Source of the DNA: an uncultured Arenicella sp.
Lineage (GTDB): Bacteria > Pseudomonadota > Gammaproteobacteria > Arenicellales > Arenicellaceae
DNA length: 64,000 nucleotides
Direction of reading: 5' to 3'
Assembly: GCA_937922925.1 (NCBI GenBank)
Contig: CALAKU010000007.1
Location: 10,120 to 74,119, forward strand
The translations under genes were made by a program, and so were the position numbers. The notes under the pieces are model-generated. The model saw nothing but the letters and a program-made list of their open reading frames with translations. It did no database searches and was not told the origin of the DNA. Shown piece after piece: positions 30,019 to 40,179 of the stretch (the stretch's first letter is position 1; the number at the start of each line of letters is the position of its first letter).

Positions 30019-32127
30019 TTAGAATCGGCCTGTTAAGGTTAACAAGGCATTGATTGGCGCGCCGACAGTTGCTTGGTGCGTGGAATGCGCATTCGGGAAG
30101 TAAAGCTCGTCGGTCAGGTTTTCAACATTGAGTTGAACGCGCAAGTTCTCTGAAACCACATAATAAGCCGAGGCATCAAAACGGGTATAACTTGGCAAAA
30201 CCGCGCTATTACTATTATTGATAAAACTGTCGTCTTGGTAAGTCGCGCCAAAACCAAAACCGAAGGCTCGTGAGACCGCCACGGTGTTCCAAACCGACAA
30301 GGTGTTTTCGGGCAACTCACGAGGCGTCCGACCAGTTGGGCCGGTGCGCTCAACGATCTCGCCATCAAGATTGCTGTAGTTCGCCGAGATCGACCATGCG
30401 TCACTGATTTGGCCAAGCAATTGAAATTCAAAACCCGAAATATCAGAATCGATGACATCTAAAGTAGACGGGTCTGCATCAGCGACTTGAGGTGAGCTTT
30501 GCTCATTCTCGAACAGTGCTGCAGTGAAACTTAAACCTTGGCTGAAATCCCATTTAAGCCCAATCTCAGTGTTGGCAAAAGTATTCGCCGCGAGCACATT
30601 ATTGCTGCCATTAATATTGGCAAACTGCTCGCCACTGCGCGGTAAAAACGATTCGCTATAACTTGCGTAGAGAGAAATATTTTCTTGCGGCTTGTAAATC
30701 AAACCAAAGCGCGGCGATACTTCGTCGTCACTGCTTTCGCGGGTTTCGCCGTTGGCGGCATTAAAAACGGTAATGTCAAAACTGTCAAAACGAGCGCCGA
30801 TCAGCACATCAAACTGCTCAGATAATTCAATTTGATCCTGCACATAAAACGACAACACATCAATATCCACATCGGTGTCGTCGTTAAGGTCGGTAAAGCC
30901 GACCGTCGTGGTTTGCCCCAGCGCATTAACGCCGACACCAGCATTCAAGCTAATTGGTCGATTAGCAAAAAACGACTCGCGATCATCTTGTGTGGTATCG
31001 AAAAAGGTATTAAAGCGAAATTGATCAGACGACGTATCAATAAACTCTGCACCAACAATCACCGTATGCCCAATACGGCCGCTGTCAAATGCGCCAACCA
31101 AGTTGCCAGATAGAATCAGGTTTTGACGGTCGGTTTCGTCGATATACCCATCCAACTCAACGACATTGGTCACCTCGTCAAAATTGGTCGCAAAAAAGTT
31201 TTGATACGACTTATCAAAGTCACCATAAAACGCACTGAGATTACCCTTCAAGCGATCTGAAAATTCATGTTGTAATGCTGCGCGAAAAACATGCGCTTCA
31301 AGTGTCGTAACGCTTTGCTCTGGATCGGTAAAGACGATGTCTTCTAAGCGTTCGACTGGGCGGCCATCGGCGCCTGTGGGCACCCCACGGTCGATAAATC
31401 GTTCGTGATCAACGTACTCGTAAGACACATCAAGCGTCGTAGCTGGGCTTAATTCAAAATGGGCAGTTGGGTTAAAACCAACACGATCACCATCAAAAAA
31501 GTCTCGATGATTTTCTAGGCTTTCGAACATGGCGTTGATTCGAAACGCCGAGGTGTCATTAATGGATGCGTTGTAATCCAACTCGACCCCAAAACCACCA
31601 AAGGTATTTGCCGTGGTCTTATAGCCTGTGAATTGCTCGCCTACGGTGGCCTTTTTTGACACTCGATTTAATACGCCGCCCGTTCCGCCACGACCAAACA
31701 ATAAGGCGTTAGGCCCACGAAGAATTTCGACTTGCTCGACGTTATACAGCGCGCGATAGTACTGCACGTCGTCACGATTGCCATCTAGGTAAAAGTCTGC
31801 CGTTGAACGCACACCACGAAAGACAACCGCATCGCGATGACCTTCGCCTTGCGAGGTATTGACGCCCGGCGTGTAGTCGATAATATCGCCAATGCTGGTG
31901 ATCCCCTGCTCAGTAATTTGGTCGGCCGTAATAATGGAAAGGCTTTGGGGCACATCGATAATCGGCGTGGGGGTTTTTACTGAATTAAGCTCACTCACCG
32001 ACAAAACGTGGCCATGAACAACGACTTCTTCTATATCGTTCGCGACTTGAGCCAAGCCGTTACTCGGCATGGTGGTGGAGAAAGCACCGTAGATTACGGC
32101 GATAAGGATCTCTTTTTGTGGTTTCAT
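30019..32127 (-). CDS. TonB-dependent receptor, siderophore type
   Basis: TonB box EEVVV, PQSLSII, plug motif VEQVEILRGPNALLFGRG, LNVENLTDELY and terminal Phe. Confidence 0.93.
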   Translation of the reverse strand: MKPQKEILIAVIYGAFSTTMPSNGLAQVANDIEEVVVHGHVLSVSELNSVKTPTPIIDVPQSLSIITADQITEQGITSIGDIIDYTPGVNTSQGEGHRDAVVFRGVRSTADFYLDGNRDDVQYYRALYNVEQVEILRGPNALLFGRGGTGGVLNRVSKKATVGEQFTGYKTTANTFGGFGVELDYNASINDTSAFRINAMFESLENHRDFFDGDRVGFNPTAHFELSPATTLDVSYEYVDHERFIDRGVPTGADGRPVERLEDIVFTDPEQSVTTLEAHVFRAALQHEFSDRLKGNLSAFYGDFDKSYQNFFATNFDEVTNVVELDGYIDETDRQNLILSGNLVGAFDSGRIGHTVIVGAEFIDTSSDQFRFNTFFDTTQDDRESFFANRPISLNAGVGVNALGQTTTVGFTDLNDDTDVDIDVLSFYVQDQIELSEQFDVLIGARFDSFDITVFNAANGETRESSDDEVSPRFGLIYKPQENISLYASYSESFLPRSGEQFANINGSNNVLAANTFANTEIGLKWDFSQGLSFTAALFENEQSSPQVADADPSTLDVIDSDISGFEFQLLGQISDAWSISANYSNLDGEIVERTGPTGRTPRELPENTLSVWNTVAVSRAFGFGFGATYQDDSFINNSNSAVLPSYTRFDASAYYVVSENLRVQLNVENLTDELYFPNAHSTHQATVGAPINALLTLTGRF

Positions 32128-32181
32128 TGTGAGGTACTGCGTTCACTTCAATTAAGACAAGCGGATTGTAAACCATAATTG

Positions 32182-32202
32182 AAATGAGAATCAATCTCAT
32201 TT
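32182..32202. promoter_or_regulatory. Fur box
   Basis: Inverted repeat AAATGAGA-ATCAA-TCTCATTT resembling the AATGATAATnATTATCATT consensus, about 55 bp upstream of the receptor ATG. Confidence 0.8.
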
Positions 32203-32332
32203 GCATTTGTTTTATATAGTTGTCCGCCCTTCTAAAGCGAAAGCGATAAGAAGCTCTAAGAAAATAAGCCCAGACTCCAAAACGGCTCTCAAACGCAGAT
32301 GAAGAAAGACGAAGACGAAAAAAACGAGGAGC

Positions 32333-32944
32333 TTAGTACTCAAATACAGCGAAGTCCTGTTCGTACATGGTGCGCAGATCGCGCTTTAAATCCTCATCTA
32401 AGTAATGCTCAACGTGTTTATGCTGAGACGCATTACGCTGCTTTAAATCCACTGATACTAGGCCCAATTGATCAAATAGCGAATCGAGTGATTTTTGAAG
32501 TGACTCATAACGCCCAACAAAGTCCATCACCAGCTGTCCTTCAATACACAGCTGCTCGACCTGCGGGCGAATAAGCAAACGTTGGCGAAATTGAGGCCTT
32601 TGCAGTGCGGCCTTCATCCATTGCCGGGCATTGGATTCGTAATTTGGATTGTCTCGGTTTAAAAACGCACACGCCGAGACAAAACGATCAAACGGATGAC
32701 GCACGAAGGCAATCTTACGATATGCCCACTGTTGCCGATCTAAGAATGGGCGAATTTCATTGGCGGTAATATGTCCGTGTTTTACGGCTGCGATCTCAGG
32801 GATGGGTAAGACTTGTTCGCCAAAGAGCATTTGTTGTTCCCAATCACCTTCCTTTAGATGCACCCGCAACGCTTCGCGTACCGCATGGGTTGCCGTCTTA
32901 GGTACGGCAAAAAAAATGAACTGGTGAGCGTGAGAGATAATCAT
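32333..32944 (-). CDS. Sulfotransferase family 2 protein
   Basis: 5'-PSB motif AVPKTAT, 3'-PB motif FVRHPFDRFVSA, DFVGRYESL and YEQDF..FEY. ATGA overlap with the upstream gene. Confidence 0.88.
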   Translation of the reverse strand: MIISHAHQFIFFAVPKTATHAVREALRVHLKEGDWEQQMLFGEQVLPIPEIAAVKHGHITANEIRPFLDRQQWAYRKIAFVRHPFDRFVSACAFLNRDNPNYESNARQWMKAALQRPQFRQRLLIRPQVEQLCIEGQLVMDFVGRYESLQKSLDSLFDQLGLVSVDLKQRNASQHKHVEHYLDEDLKRDLRTMYEQDFAVFEY

Positions 32945-34830
32945 CGCGAATCAGACTGAACAAACTCGTCAATCAATTGCGATACAGGTTGGTAAATCTC
33001 AGCCACCGACGCCAAAGCCGCTTCGTGCTTACGCCACTTCTGCGTATCTGGTTGAGTCAAGGCGTACTTTGAATTGGGAAAACCTTGGCTAGCATAGGAG
33101 CGCATTTTGGGGCCAAACGGCACCTGCATAAAATGGCAAACCCGCTCCAGCTCGGTATGAGTATTGTTTAATAAGGCCTCATAGCTGAGCGACATCACCT
33201 CGGCTGCATCAAGTTGCGTTAAATCCGACACTATTTGCGTATTGGTTTTGGCCCATTGCGTTGCCACTATCTCAACCAGGGGGCGCCCGGTTAGCTGCTG
33301 CCAAGCATCAATCAGAAGTAATGACCAAGGATCGCCCTGCCAGTGAGGCAGATCTGGGTAGGTCACAAATTTACCCGAACGCCATGCTTCGATCATACTG
33401 GCAATATTCGGCTCAGCAGCCCGATGCAAAAACACAAATTTTGCATCGGGGTACATGGCTTTGAAAAATGGAATGCGTAAGGCGTTCTTTGGCGTTTTCT
33501 CTAAAAAACGAACTTGGTCGCTTTGAAACTCGGGCGGCATATCGGCGTAGGTTGCGCAGCGAGAATTTTGTAAGCGATACATAAAGCCATCAATAATTTG
33601 TTCGCCAACCTCAGGGCTGTAATCGGTGGCATCCAATCGATTCGAAGCAAAGTCGCGTGATTTTGGATGCAAGGCCGCAATAGATTCAATTTCTTGATGT
33701 GCCTCGTCTCCAATACTCCACAGGTCTTTATTATTTTTGAGTGCTTCAAACAGCATGGTGCTGCCCGAGCGCGGTGCTGCCACGATAAACACGGGTTGAT
33801 CAAAGCTGGGGATTTTGCCGGAATACGTTTTTACCGAGTACGATGCGCCAGATGTGGCACTGACTTGAACCTCAGAGTCGATGGCATTGTCCAACCAGTT
33901 CTCGAGTACCGGGTAGGCGGCCGCGCCATTGCTGTTTAAGAAAACCTCATCGAGTGCGGCTTGACAAACCGATTTGCTGTGCTTGATTAAAGCCAGATAC
34001 TCCGCATGGCCGTCGGCCGTATCCAGAAAACGCGCCCACAAACCTCGCCAGTCTTGGCACAGACCTTTGAGCTGCTGTTCTAAGACGGTATAAGCGTCGG
34101 CGTGTCGTTGGCTATCGATTTCATCTAGGTAGTCTTTAACTAGCGCTTCAATCTCATCGGGCGAGCGCGCGGCCAAGCGATTAAATTGCTCAAATTTTAT
34201 ATCGGATTGCTCTTTGTGTGGGTCGAATGGGACAAAGACAGAATCGCCATGTGGCTGTTGAGAACTCGGGTCATAGCCTTGTTCTGTCATTTGCCAGAAC
34301 GCCCGCGTACCCACCGTGTCGATGACCAGATGAATGCGCTGGATATCCGACTCATTGATCACCTCATGTTCGCGCCAGTTATCAAATATCCATGCTTCTC
34401 CGGCTTGTTTATGCACTTTTACCACTTTTCCATTGATATGCGAGCGGCTAACAAATTCAATGGATGGATCGGTAATAATGGGGATGTGTATACGCACCCG
34501 GTTGCGCCACGTGTAGTCGGTATCGCTGTGAGCTGGCACGCCCTTGCCCGGCGCCAGCCGCATAAAGCGCGAACGACCCACGACCGTATTCAAAGACGCC
34601 ATGATTTGTTGGATATAGGGGCAACGTTCGAGCGCGTCGGTGGCTTGCATACGCCCGACATAGGCGTTACTGCGGCTGCCCTCTTTGGAAACAAGATTTA
34701 GGGCAGTGTTGCCGTCATAACGCTGAGGATGATAATCCCATTCGTATTCTGAAAACTGCAAAGCTTCTTCGCGCAATCGGTCGACATCAAAGCGCAACGG
34801 CAATCGAATAAATTCAGACTTTAAGCGCAT
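32941..34830 (-). CDS. Fusion of an Asp/Asn beta-hydroxylase-like oxygenase and a sulfotransferase
   Basis: N-half: RSRFMRLAPG, HSD, RIHIPI, WIFDNWREH, RIHLVID. C-half: FIVAAPRSGST, FLEKTPKN, FVFLHR, LSYEAL. Confidence 0.88.
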   Translation of the reverse strand: MRLKSEFIRLPLRFDVDRLREEALQFSEYEWDYHPQRYDGNTALNLVSKEGSRSNAYVGRMQATDALERCPYIQQIMASLNTVVGRSRFMRLAPGKGVPAHSDTDYTWRNRVRIHIPIITDPSIEFVSRSHINGKVVKVHKQAGEAWIFDNWREHEVINESDIQRIHLVIDTVGTRAFWQMTEQGYDPSSQQPHGDSVFVPFDPHKEQSDIKFEQFNRLAARSPDEIEALVKDYLDEIDSQRHADAYTVLEQQLKGLCQDWRGLWARFLDTADGHAEYLALIKHSKSVCQAALDEVFLNSNGAAAYPVLENWLDNAIDSEVQVSATSGASYSVKTYSGKIPSFDQPVFIVAAPRSGSTMLFEALKNNKDLWSIGDEAHQEIESIAALHPKSRDFASNRLDATDYSPEVGEQIIDGFMYRLQNSRCATYADMPPEFQSDQVRFLEKTPKNALRIPFFKAMYPDAKFVFLHRAAEPNIASMIEAWRSGKFVTYPDLPHWQGDPWSLLLIDAWQQLTGRPLVEIVATQWAKTNTQIVSDLTQLDAAEVMSLSYEALLNNTHTELERVCHFMQVPFGPKMRSYASQGFPNSKYALTQPDTQKWRKHEAALASVAEIYQPVSQLIDEFVQSDSR

Positions 34831-34838
34831 AACAAGCT

Positions 34839-36851
34839 TTATACCGAATCCAGTGGATAACGCGCCAGCACATCTTCTCCTAACGCGTCGATAAGCGGCT
34901 GCAAGTGAGCTTCAAAATTGCGCCAATGCGCCAAGCCACTCTTATAAATGGGTTGACGCACTTGCTCGGAACTTGGTGTGCGTACGCTGCGCTCGGTTTT
35001 ATAAAACTCAAGGCAGGATTGTTCAAACGGCAAACCGCAAAAATCCAACATACGTCGAACTTGTGTCTCGGTGTCATGCACTAATTCTTCGTGCTGTACT
35101 CGCAGCACAAAGCCTGGCAGCACGTCATCCCAATGATCCATAAGGCGGACGTAATTTTTATAGTAGTCGCCGACTTCATGTAGACCATAGGTAAACTCTT
35201 GGCCTTCGGCAAACAATTGTTTAAAGCCACTAAAACAACAGGCCATAGGATGACGCCTTGCATCGATTATTTTTGCATGCGGCAAGATCAATTTAATCAA
35301 GCCTATGTGCATGAAATTGTTAGGCATTTTGTCGATAAAGTATGGCGCGCCTTGGCGATACACTTGCGTGTCGTCAATGTATTGCTGACCAAACTTGGCA
35401 AAGTAGTCGATATCGATCTCGCCTAAGTTACGAGGGTATTGAGGCTCTTCCTCCGGTTTAGAGGCGGCACGCCCTCTAAGCCGTCGACTTAGATTTAAAA
35501 TGTTTGGCAATTCCAAGGTGCCATCAACTTGCGAATGCGACGCCAGAATCTGCTCAAGCAATGTTGAGCCCGCACGCGGCAAGCCCACAATAAAAATAGG
35601 GGCGGCGTGCTCACTGCCTACTGCGCTGAGCCGTTCAAATAAGGCGTGATCGCAGCGACTAATTTGGTAATCGACTCGTTTTTGCGCCTCAGGCGCTTTG
35701 TAGTTCAGAATCTCTTTGTTTTGTTCATTACCTAATTCGTAGGCCGCAAACGCTTGATCAAAGTCTTTTTGGTCTTCAAAAGCTTTTCCCAAGGCAAAAT
35801 TAAAATGCACCTTGTCAACCTCAGACGTGGTGTCCCGCGCCCGGTAATCAAGCATGTGTTTGATCTCTTGATCGGTAAATGTATAGGTTTTGGTATTGGC
35901 TAAGCTCCAAAAGGCATCACCGAAATCGGCTTGCAAACGATACACCTGTTGATAACAGGCAACCGCCGCATCTAAATTACCCAAGGTCTTCTCGGCATGA
36001 CCACACAAGAGATTGGTTTGCACCAAATTATAATCTTGCTGGATTAGCTCTCGATACAAACTAACGGCGTCTTGTGTTTCACCTACCCCGGCTAAGGTTG
36101 ACGCAAGAAGGCCTTTAAACTGAATGTTGTCTGGATGCTCAGTGCTAAGCGCCTCGGCAATCTCATGCGCCGCGCCAAACTTTTGCCGTTTGATTAGCAC
36201 GTTCGCTAAATCAAAGCGCGCACCTAAATGCGCAGGTTGAAAGACCACCGCACTTTCTAAAATAAACTCGGCGTCGTCCAAGATTTTCGCGCGCTGTGCG
36301 ATCTCAGACAGTAAGCGCATACCTTCGATGTCTTTCTGATTGCTTTGCATGTAGTGCCGACAAATTTGATCGGCTTGATCCAGATTGTCGCGATTTAAAT
36401 GGCTTTTTACCGCTTGCAATGCAGGATGCAATTCTGAGAGCTGTTTGATTTGTAATTGAGCAAAACTCGCGCCCTCTTTGTTTGATTGTTTTTGATAGAG
36501 TTGCTCCAAGGCACGCCAACTGCCAATTAATGCGTCGTCGATTTGAGTGGCACGTTCGAAGGCTTCAATGGCTGCACTTAACTTACCTTGTTCATTGAAA
36601 ATATGGCCGACCTCTTGATGAGCTCGAGCATAGCTGGGTTCGTTTTCCAGAATGCTTTGCAGCTGCGCTATGGCGTTTTCAGCCTGATTCAGCCGCCGCA
36701 GACAAACCGCTCGCACATAGGCGGCTTCTGGATAAGAGTTGATCTGCTCGCCCAAAGTGTCGAGCGCCGCTATCGCTTGCGCAAACTGGCCCTGCTTTGC
36801 TGATTCGGTGGCCGAGTTAATCGCATCTTGAACTGTGTTCTCTTCTAACAT
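34839..36851 (-). CDS. TPR-repeat-containing sulfotransferase
   Basis: N-terminal TPR repeats; FIVGLPRAGSTLLEQILASHS, FIDKMPNNF, RRHPMACC and VRTPSSEQVRQPIY. Confidence 0.93.
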   Translation of the reverse strand: MLEENTVQDAINSATESAKQGQFAQAIAALDTLGEQINSYPEAAYVRAVCLRRLNQAENAIAQLQSILENEPSYARAHQEVGHIFNEQGKLSAAIEAFERATQIDDALIGSWRALEQLYQKQSNKEGASFAQLQIKQLSELHPALQAVKSHLNRDNLDQADQICRHYMQSNQKDIEGMRLLSEIAQRAKILDDAEFILESAVVFQPAHLGARFDLANVLIKRQKFGAAHEIAEALSTEHPDNIQFKGLLASTLAGVGETQDAVSLYRELIQQDYNLVQTNLLCGHAEKTLGNLDAAVACYQQVYRLQADFGDAFWSLANTKTYTFTDQEIKHMLDYRARDTTSEVDKVHFNFALGKAFEDQKDFDQAFAAYELGNEQNKEILNYKAPEAQKRVDYQISRCDHALFERLSAVGSEHAAPIFIVGLPRAGSTLLEQILASHSQVDGTLELPNILNLSRRLRGRAASKPEEEPQYPRNLGEIDIDYFAKFGQQYIDDTQVYRQGAPYFIDKMPNNFMHIGLIKLILPHAKIIDARRHPMACCFSGFKQLFAEGQEFTYGLHEVGDYYKNYVRLMDHWDDVLPGFVLRVQHEELVHDTETQVRRMLDFCGLPFEQSCLEFYKTERSVRTPSSEQVRQPIYKSGLAHWRNFEAHLQPLIDALGEDVLARYPLDSV

Positions 36852-36950
36852 CTTATTTTTATAGAGTTCTTTTTATAGGGTTGGCGCGTCTTTTGAGTTT
36901 CTAGGGCTAGGTTTAGTTTTTGCTGACTAAGCGGCTCGATAATAGTAACG

Positions 36951-36980
36951 AAAAAAGGCGAGCTTTATAAGCTCGCCTTT
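36951..36980 (-). terminator. Rho-independent terminator after the large TonB-dependent receptor
   Basis: AAAGGCGAGCT-TTATA-AGCTCGCCTTT hairpin; the A6 on the + strand gives a U tract on the - strand. Confidence 0.85.
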
Positions 36981-37032
36981 GGTCGTCGTGGCTAAGCCAC
37001 GATAGTCTGACTTTTACGTTATCGTTATACGA

Positions 37033-39777
37033 TTAATTGTAATCCCAACGGAAACGTAAACCGACTGAACGCGGGCGTGTTACAGAAACACGTGGCGTGT
37101 AGTCGAAGGTATTAATATTGATAATACCGTCTTCATCAAGCAGGTTGTTTACGAACAGTTCTACACCCCAGTTGTCTTTATTGACACCTGCTGAGACATT
37201 CACAATTGAATAGCTCTCTTGGACATAACGACCGTTCTGGAAGAAACTGCCATCTGGCGTTAAGCCGAATGAACCCGGTGTCGCAACACCGGTTGATCCA
37301 AACGTACCGCCTTCGTTAACAATTTGCAAACCACTGCCTCGCCCGAAAATACGACGAGTTGTGTCTTCAACAAAGTTGGCGTTACCTACGATGCCCGACA
37401 GGCTATCGCCAGTGTAGACCAAGCCCGCTTGAACGAAGGCATCAGCACCGAAACGCTCAAGAGTAAAGTCGTAACGACCACGAATGTTGAACGAGAAATC
37501 AGCCGTAAAAGGTAGCTCGCTGCCTACTGGCGCGGCGATACCAACTAACTGATCATTCAAACGAGTGATTTCCGAATCAACCCAAGAGAACGCACCTGAA
37601 ATTGTTAACGCATCGGTAGGCGCGTAAACGAAATCGGCATCGATACCTTGAACATCTGCATCACCCACGTTTTCAATGAATACCAAGAACGCAATGTTCG
37701 AGGGGTCAAAACGCGTGGTTTGTAGATTTTCAATCTCAGAGTTGTAGTAAGTCGCATTCAAACGTAAGCGATTGCCTAAGAAGTCACCTTTCAAACCAAT
37801 TTCAAAGTTGGTTAGTTCATCAGTCTCAGCGATAGCTGGTACGACGAATCCGGCGAATGGACCTTCTTGGTTACCTGATGGCTGGCCTGCATTACGGTTG
37901 ACCGTTTGTGGGCGGAAACCTTCAGAGACAGTCGCGAACAACAAAACGTCATCAGTGACTTTCCAATCCGCTGTAAAACGGAAAATCGTGTCATCTTGAC
38001 TTGCGATACCGTCGGCACTTAAGTTCTCCAAACCACCAACAGGTGTACCGCCTTCGCTTAGCGCACCAAAGGTACCTAAGTTGCTAAGTCTGGCAGTTAC
38101 GTCGTTACCTGAGTTATCGGAACAACCAACGCTGCCGTCAGGACGTGTTACACCAAAGCTGATGTCTCGACCAGAAGGCGTAACGTTGTCGCCATTTGGC
38201 AATAGATTTGGATCACCTGCGAATCGGCAACCAAATGAACCACCGGTTGCACCTTTAAGATCGAAGTCGATGTCATAGGCACGGATACCAGCGCTCAAAC
38301 TGAACGAATCGGTAATCTGCCAAGACGCATCCGCGAAGAAAGCCGTTTGATCTTCTTGACGAGTAAAATCGTTTACAAAGATTGTTGGCTCCGGCAAACC
38401 ATTTCGAGTACGACTACCCGGTGCCAAGTTGGCTGGGCGAACCGCTGTATTCAAACCAGCAGGCAGAGAACCAAAGTATTGGAATTGACCAATTGACAAG
38501 GTTTCTACGTCGTCAAAGAAGCCACCAACCGTGAAGTTAAAGTTTTCGCCAATCTCACCTTGGAAACGTAATTCATGAGAAGTACGAGTACTTTCTGTTA
38601 CGTCGGTGTATTGCTTGGTGTAATCAAATACTTCAGTTGAGCCAGTTGCTGAGTAAGCACCGACTGAAATGTAGTAAGCCTGATAACCACCACCAAAACT
38701 ATAGGTTGTGTAGTCAAGTAGTGAAGACACTTCACGATCAAGGAAGCCACCAGTGTAGACCACGTCTAGGGCGCCAACGCGACCTGTCAATGTCCAAGTG
38801 GTTAAACCAAACTCGTCGGTGTTGCGCTCAGGAGAGAAACTTTGTGACTGGCTGACAGAACCCGTAGTTGGCGCGTACTCAAACGTGCCTTCGGTTTCCA
38901 ATTGTTGGTTAGTGTGTTGTACCAACAATTTCCAATCTTCGTTGATGTCCCAACCAAGACCGAGGCGCACGCCTTGATAGGTCGCGTCGTTCCAGTTGTC
39001 TTCAAGAACCTGAGAGTTAGTGGTAGTTGGCAATTGCGCATTTTCGTTAACGCGCGCGCCAAAGATTTGGTTACGATTGATAACCGTGATCAAATCACGA
39101 TCAGCATTATCGAAGCCAACATTGACGTTATCGATCCAGCCACCTTGTGTGTTTTGATAAATAACGGCACGTGCCGCTAAGGTATCAGATAAAGGCACGT
39201 TGATCATCGCTTCAAGCGTGGAGCTGGGATCACCACCAGAGGTAGTGCTGTAGCCTGCTTGTACCGATGCATCAAAACTTTCTGTCGACGGCTTGTTGGT
39301 AATTAAACGTACCGTACCAGACTGCGAGCTTGCACCAAAGAGTGTACCTTGGGGCCCAGGAAGCACCTCGACACGCTCTAAGTCAGCGGCGTAAACATCT
39401 AAGTTACGACCACCAAAAGAAACGGCTTGCTCGTCAACGTAAAGTGCCACTGCTGGCGCTGAACCCTGTACTGACGATACTGTATTATTGGATTGTTCCG
39501 TGGCAACCCCACGAATATAAATCTCACTACGACCCGGTCCACGACCTTGCTGTACTACGTTTGGCAAATACTGTACGTATTCGTCAAAGGTATTTACACC
39601 AAGTTCGTCGAGTGAATCGCCAGTGATGGCTTGAATTGCAACAGGAATGTCCTGAGAGCTTTCGGCTCTTTTGGTTGCGGTTACAACAATCTCTTCTAAT
39701 TGAGCCTGGGCTGAATTACTTACGACTGCGGCACCCAAAGCCAATGCAATGGAATTTACGAGTTTAGTTCTTCTCAA
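37033..39777 (-). CDS. TonB-dependent receptor (914 aa)
   Basis: Signal peptide, TonB box LEEIVVTATKR, DLERVEVLPGPQGTLFG and C-terminal RPRSVGLRFRWDY. TTG start preceded by GGAGG. Confidence 0.95.
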   Translation of the reverse strand: MRRTKLVNSIALALGAAVVSNSAQAQLEEIVVTATKRAESSQDIPVAIQAITGDSLDELGVNTFDEYVQYLPNVVQQGRGPGRSEIYIRGVATEQSNNTVSSVQGSAPAVALYVDEQAVSFGGRNLDVYAADLERVEVLPGPQGTLFGASSQSGTVRLITNKPSTESFDASVQAGYSTTSGGDPSSTLEAMINVPLSDTLAARAVIYQNTQGGWIDNVNVGFDNADRDLITVINRNQIFGARVNENAQLPTTTNSQVLEDNWNDATYQGVRLGLGWDINEDWKLLVQHTNQQLETEGTFEYAPTTGSVSQSQSFSPERNTDEFGLTTWTLTGRVGALDVVYTGGFLDREVSSLLDYTTYSFGGGYQAYYISVGAYSATGSTEVFDYTKQYTDVTESTRTSHELRFQGEIGENFNFTVGGFFDDVETLSIGQFQYFGSLPAGLNTAVRPANLAPGSRTRNGLPEPTIFVNDFTRQEDQTAFFADASWQITDSFSLSAGIRAYDIDFDLKGATGGSFGCRFAGDPNLLPNGDNVTPSGRDISFGVTRPDGSVGCSDNSGNDVTARLSNLGTFGALSEGGTPVGGLENLSADGIASQDDTIFRFTADWKVTDDVLLFATVSEGFRPQTVNRNAGQPSGNQEGPFAGFVVPAIAETDELTNFEIGLKGDFLGNRLRLNATYYNSEIENLQTTRFDPSNIAFLVFIENVGDADVQGIDADFVYAPTDALTISGAFSWVDSEITRLNDQLVGIAAPVGSELPFTADFSFNIRGRYDFTLERFGADAFVQAGLVYTGDSLSGIVGNANFVEDTTRRIFGRGSGLQIVNEGGTFGSTGVATPGSFGLTPDGSFFQNGRYVQESYSIVNVSAGVNKDNWGVELFVNNLLDEDGIININTFDYTPRVSVTRPRSVGLRFRWDYN

Positions 39778-40179
39778 CTTAACCTCCGCTTTTTTTATTG
39801 TGATGTGACGAAAAATACTCTCTCAGAGAGTCAATCCTGGGAGAGGTACTGCTAACGTTGAACGAGTGTAACAAGACGCCGATGCAGCTTCATGTTCCAA
39901 ATGAGACATTTAGTTTCACTCAATCCATGCATTTGAAGATAACGTAACGACTTAGCTAACTCAAATTTATTTATAATAAAGGGGCCTTAAGCCGTTTTTT
40001 CAACAGAAATCGTCGATAAAAAAGCAACAATTACCCAAACTAAATCCCCTTACTCACAGCTGGCCCCATCATGCCTAGAATAGTGGAGCCATTAATGCGA
40101 GGAATAAAAAACCGACAACACCGCATACGCGCCAATCGCGAGCGGGCATCGCTATCTGACTGACGAGAGCAAACTCGGC

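Noticed and set aside
29907-39910. Identical 13-mer CAAATGAGACATT at 29907-29919 and 39898-39910, both upstream of minus-strand genes
   Set aside because: A 13-bp match is plausible by chance in 64 kb; it is not palindromic and I saw no third copy.
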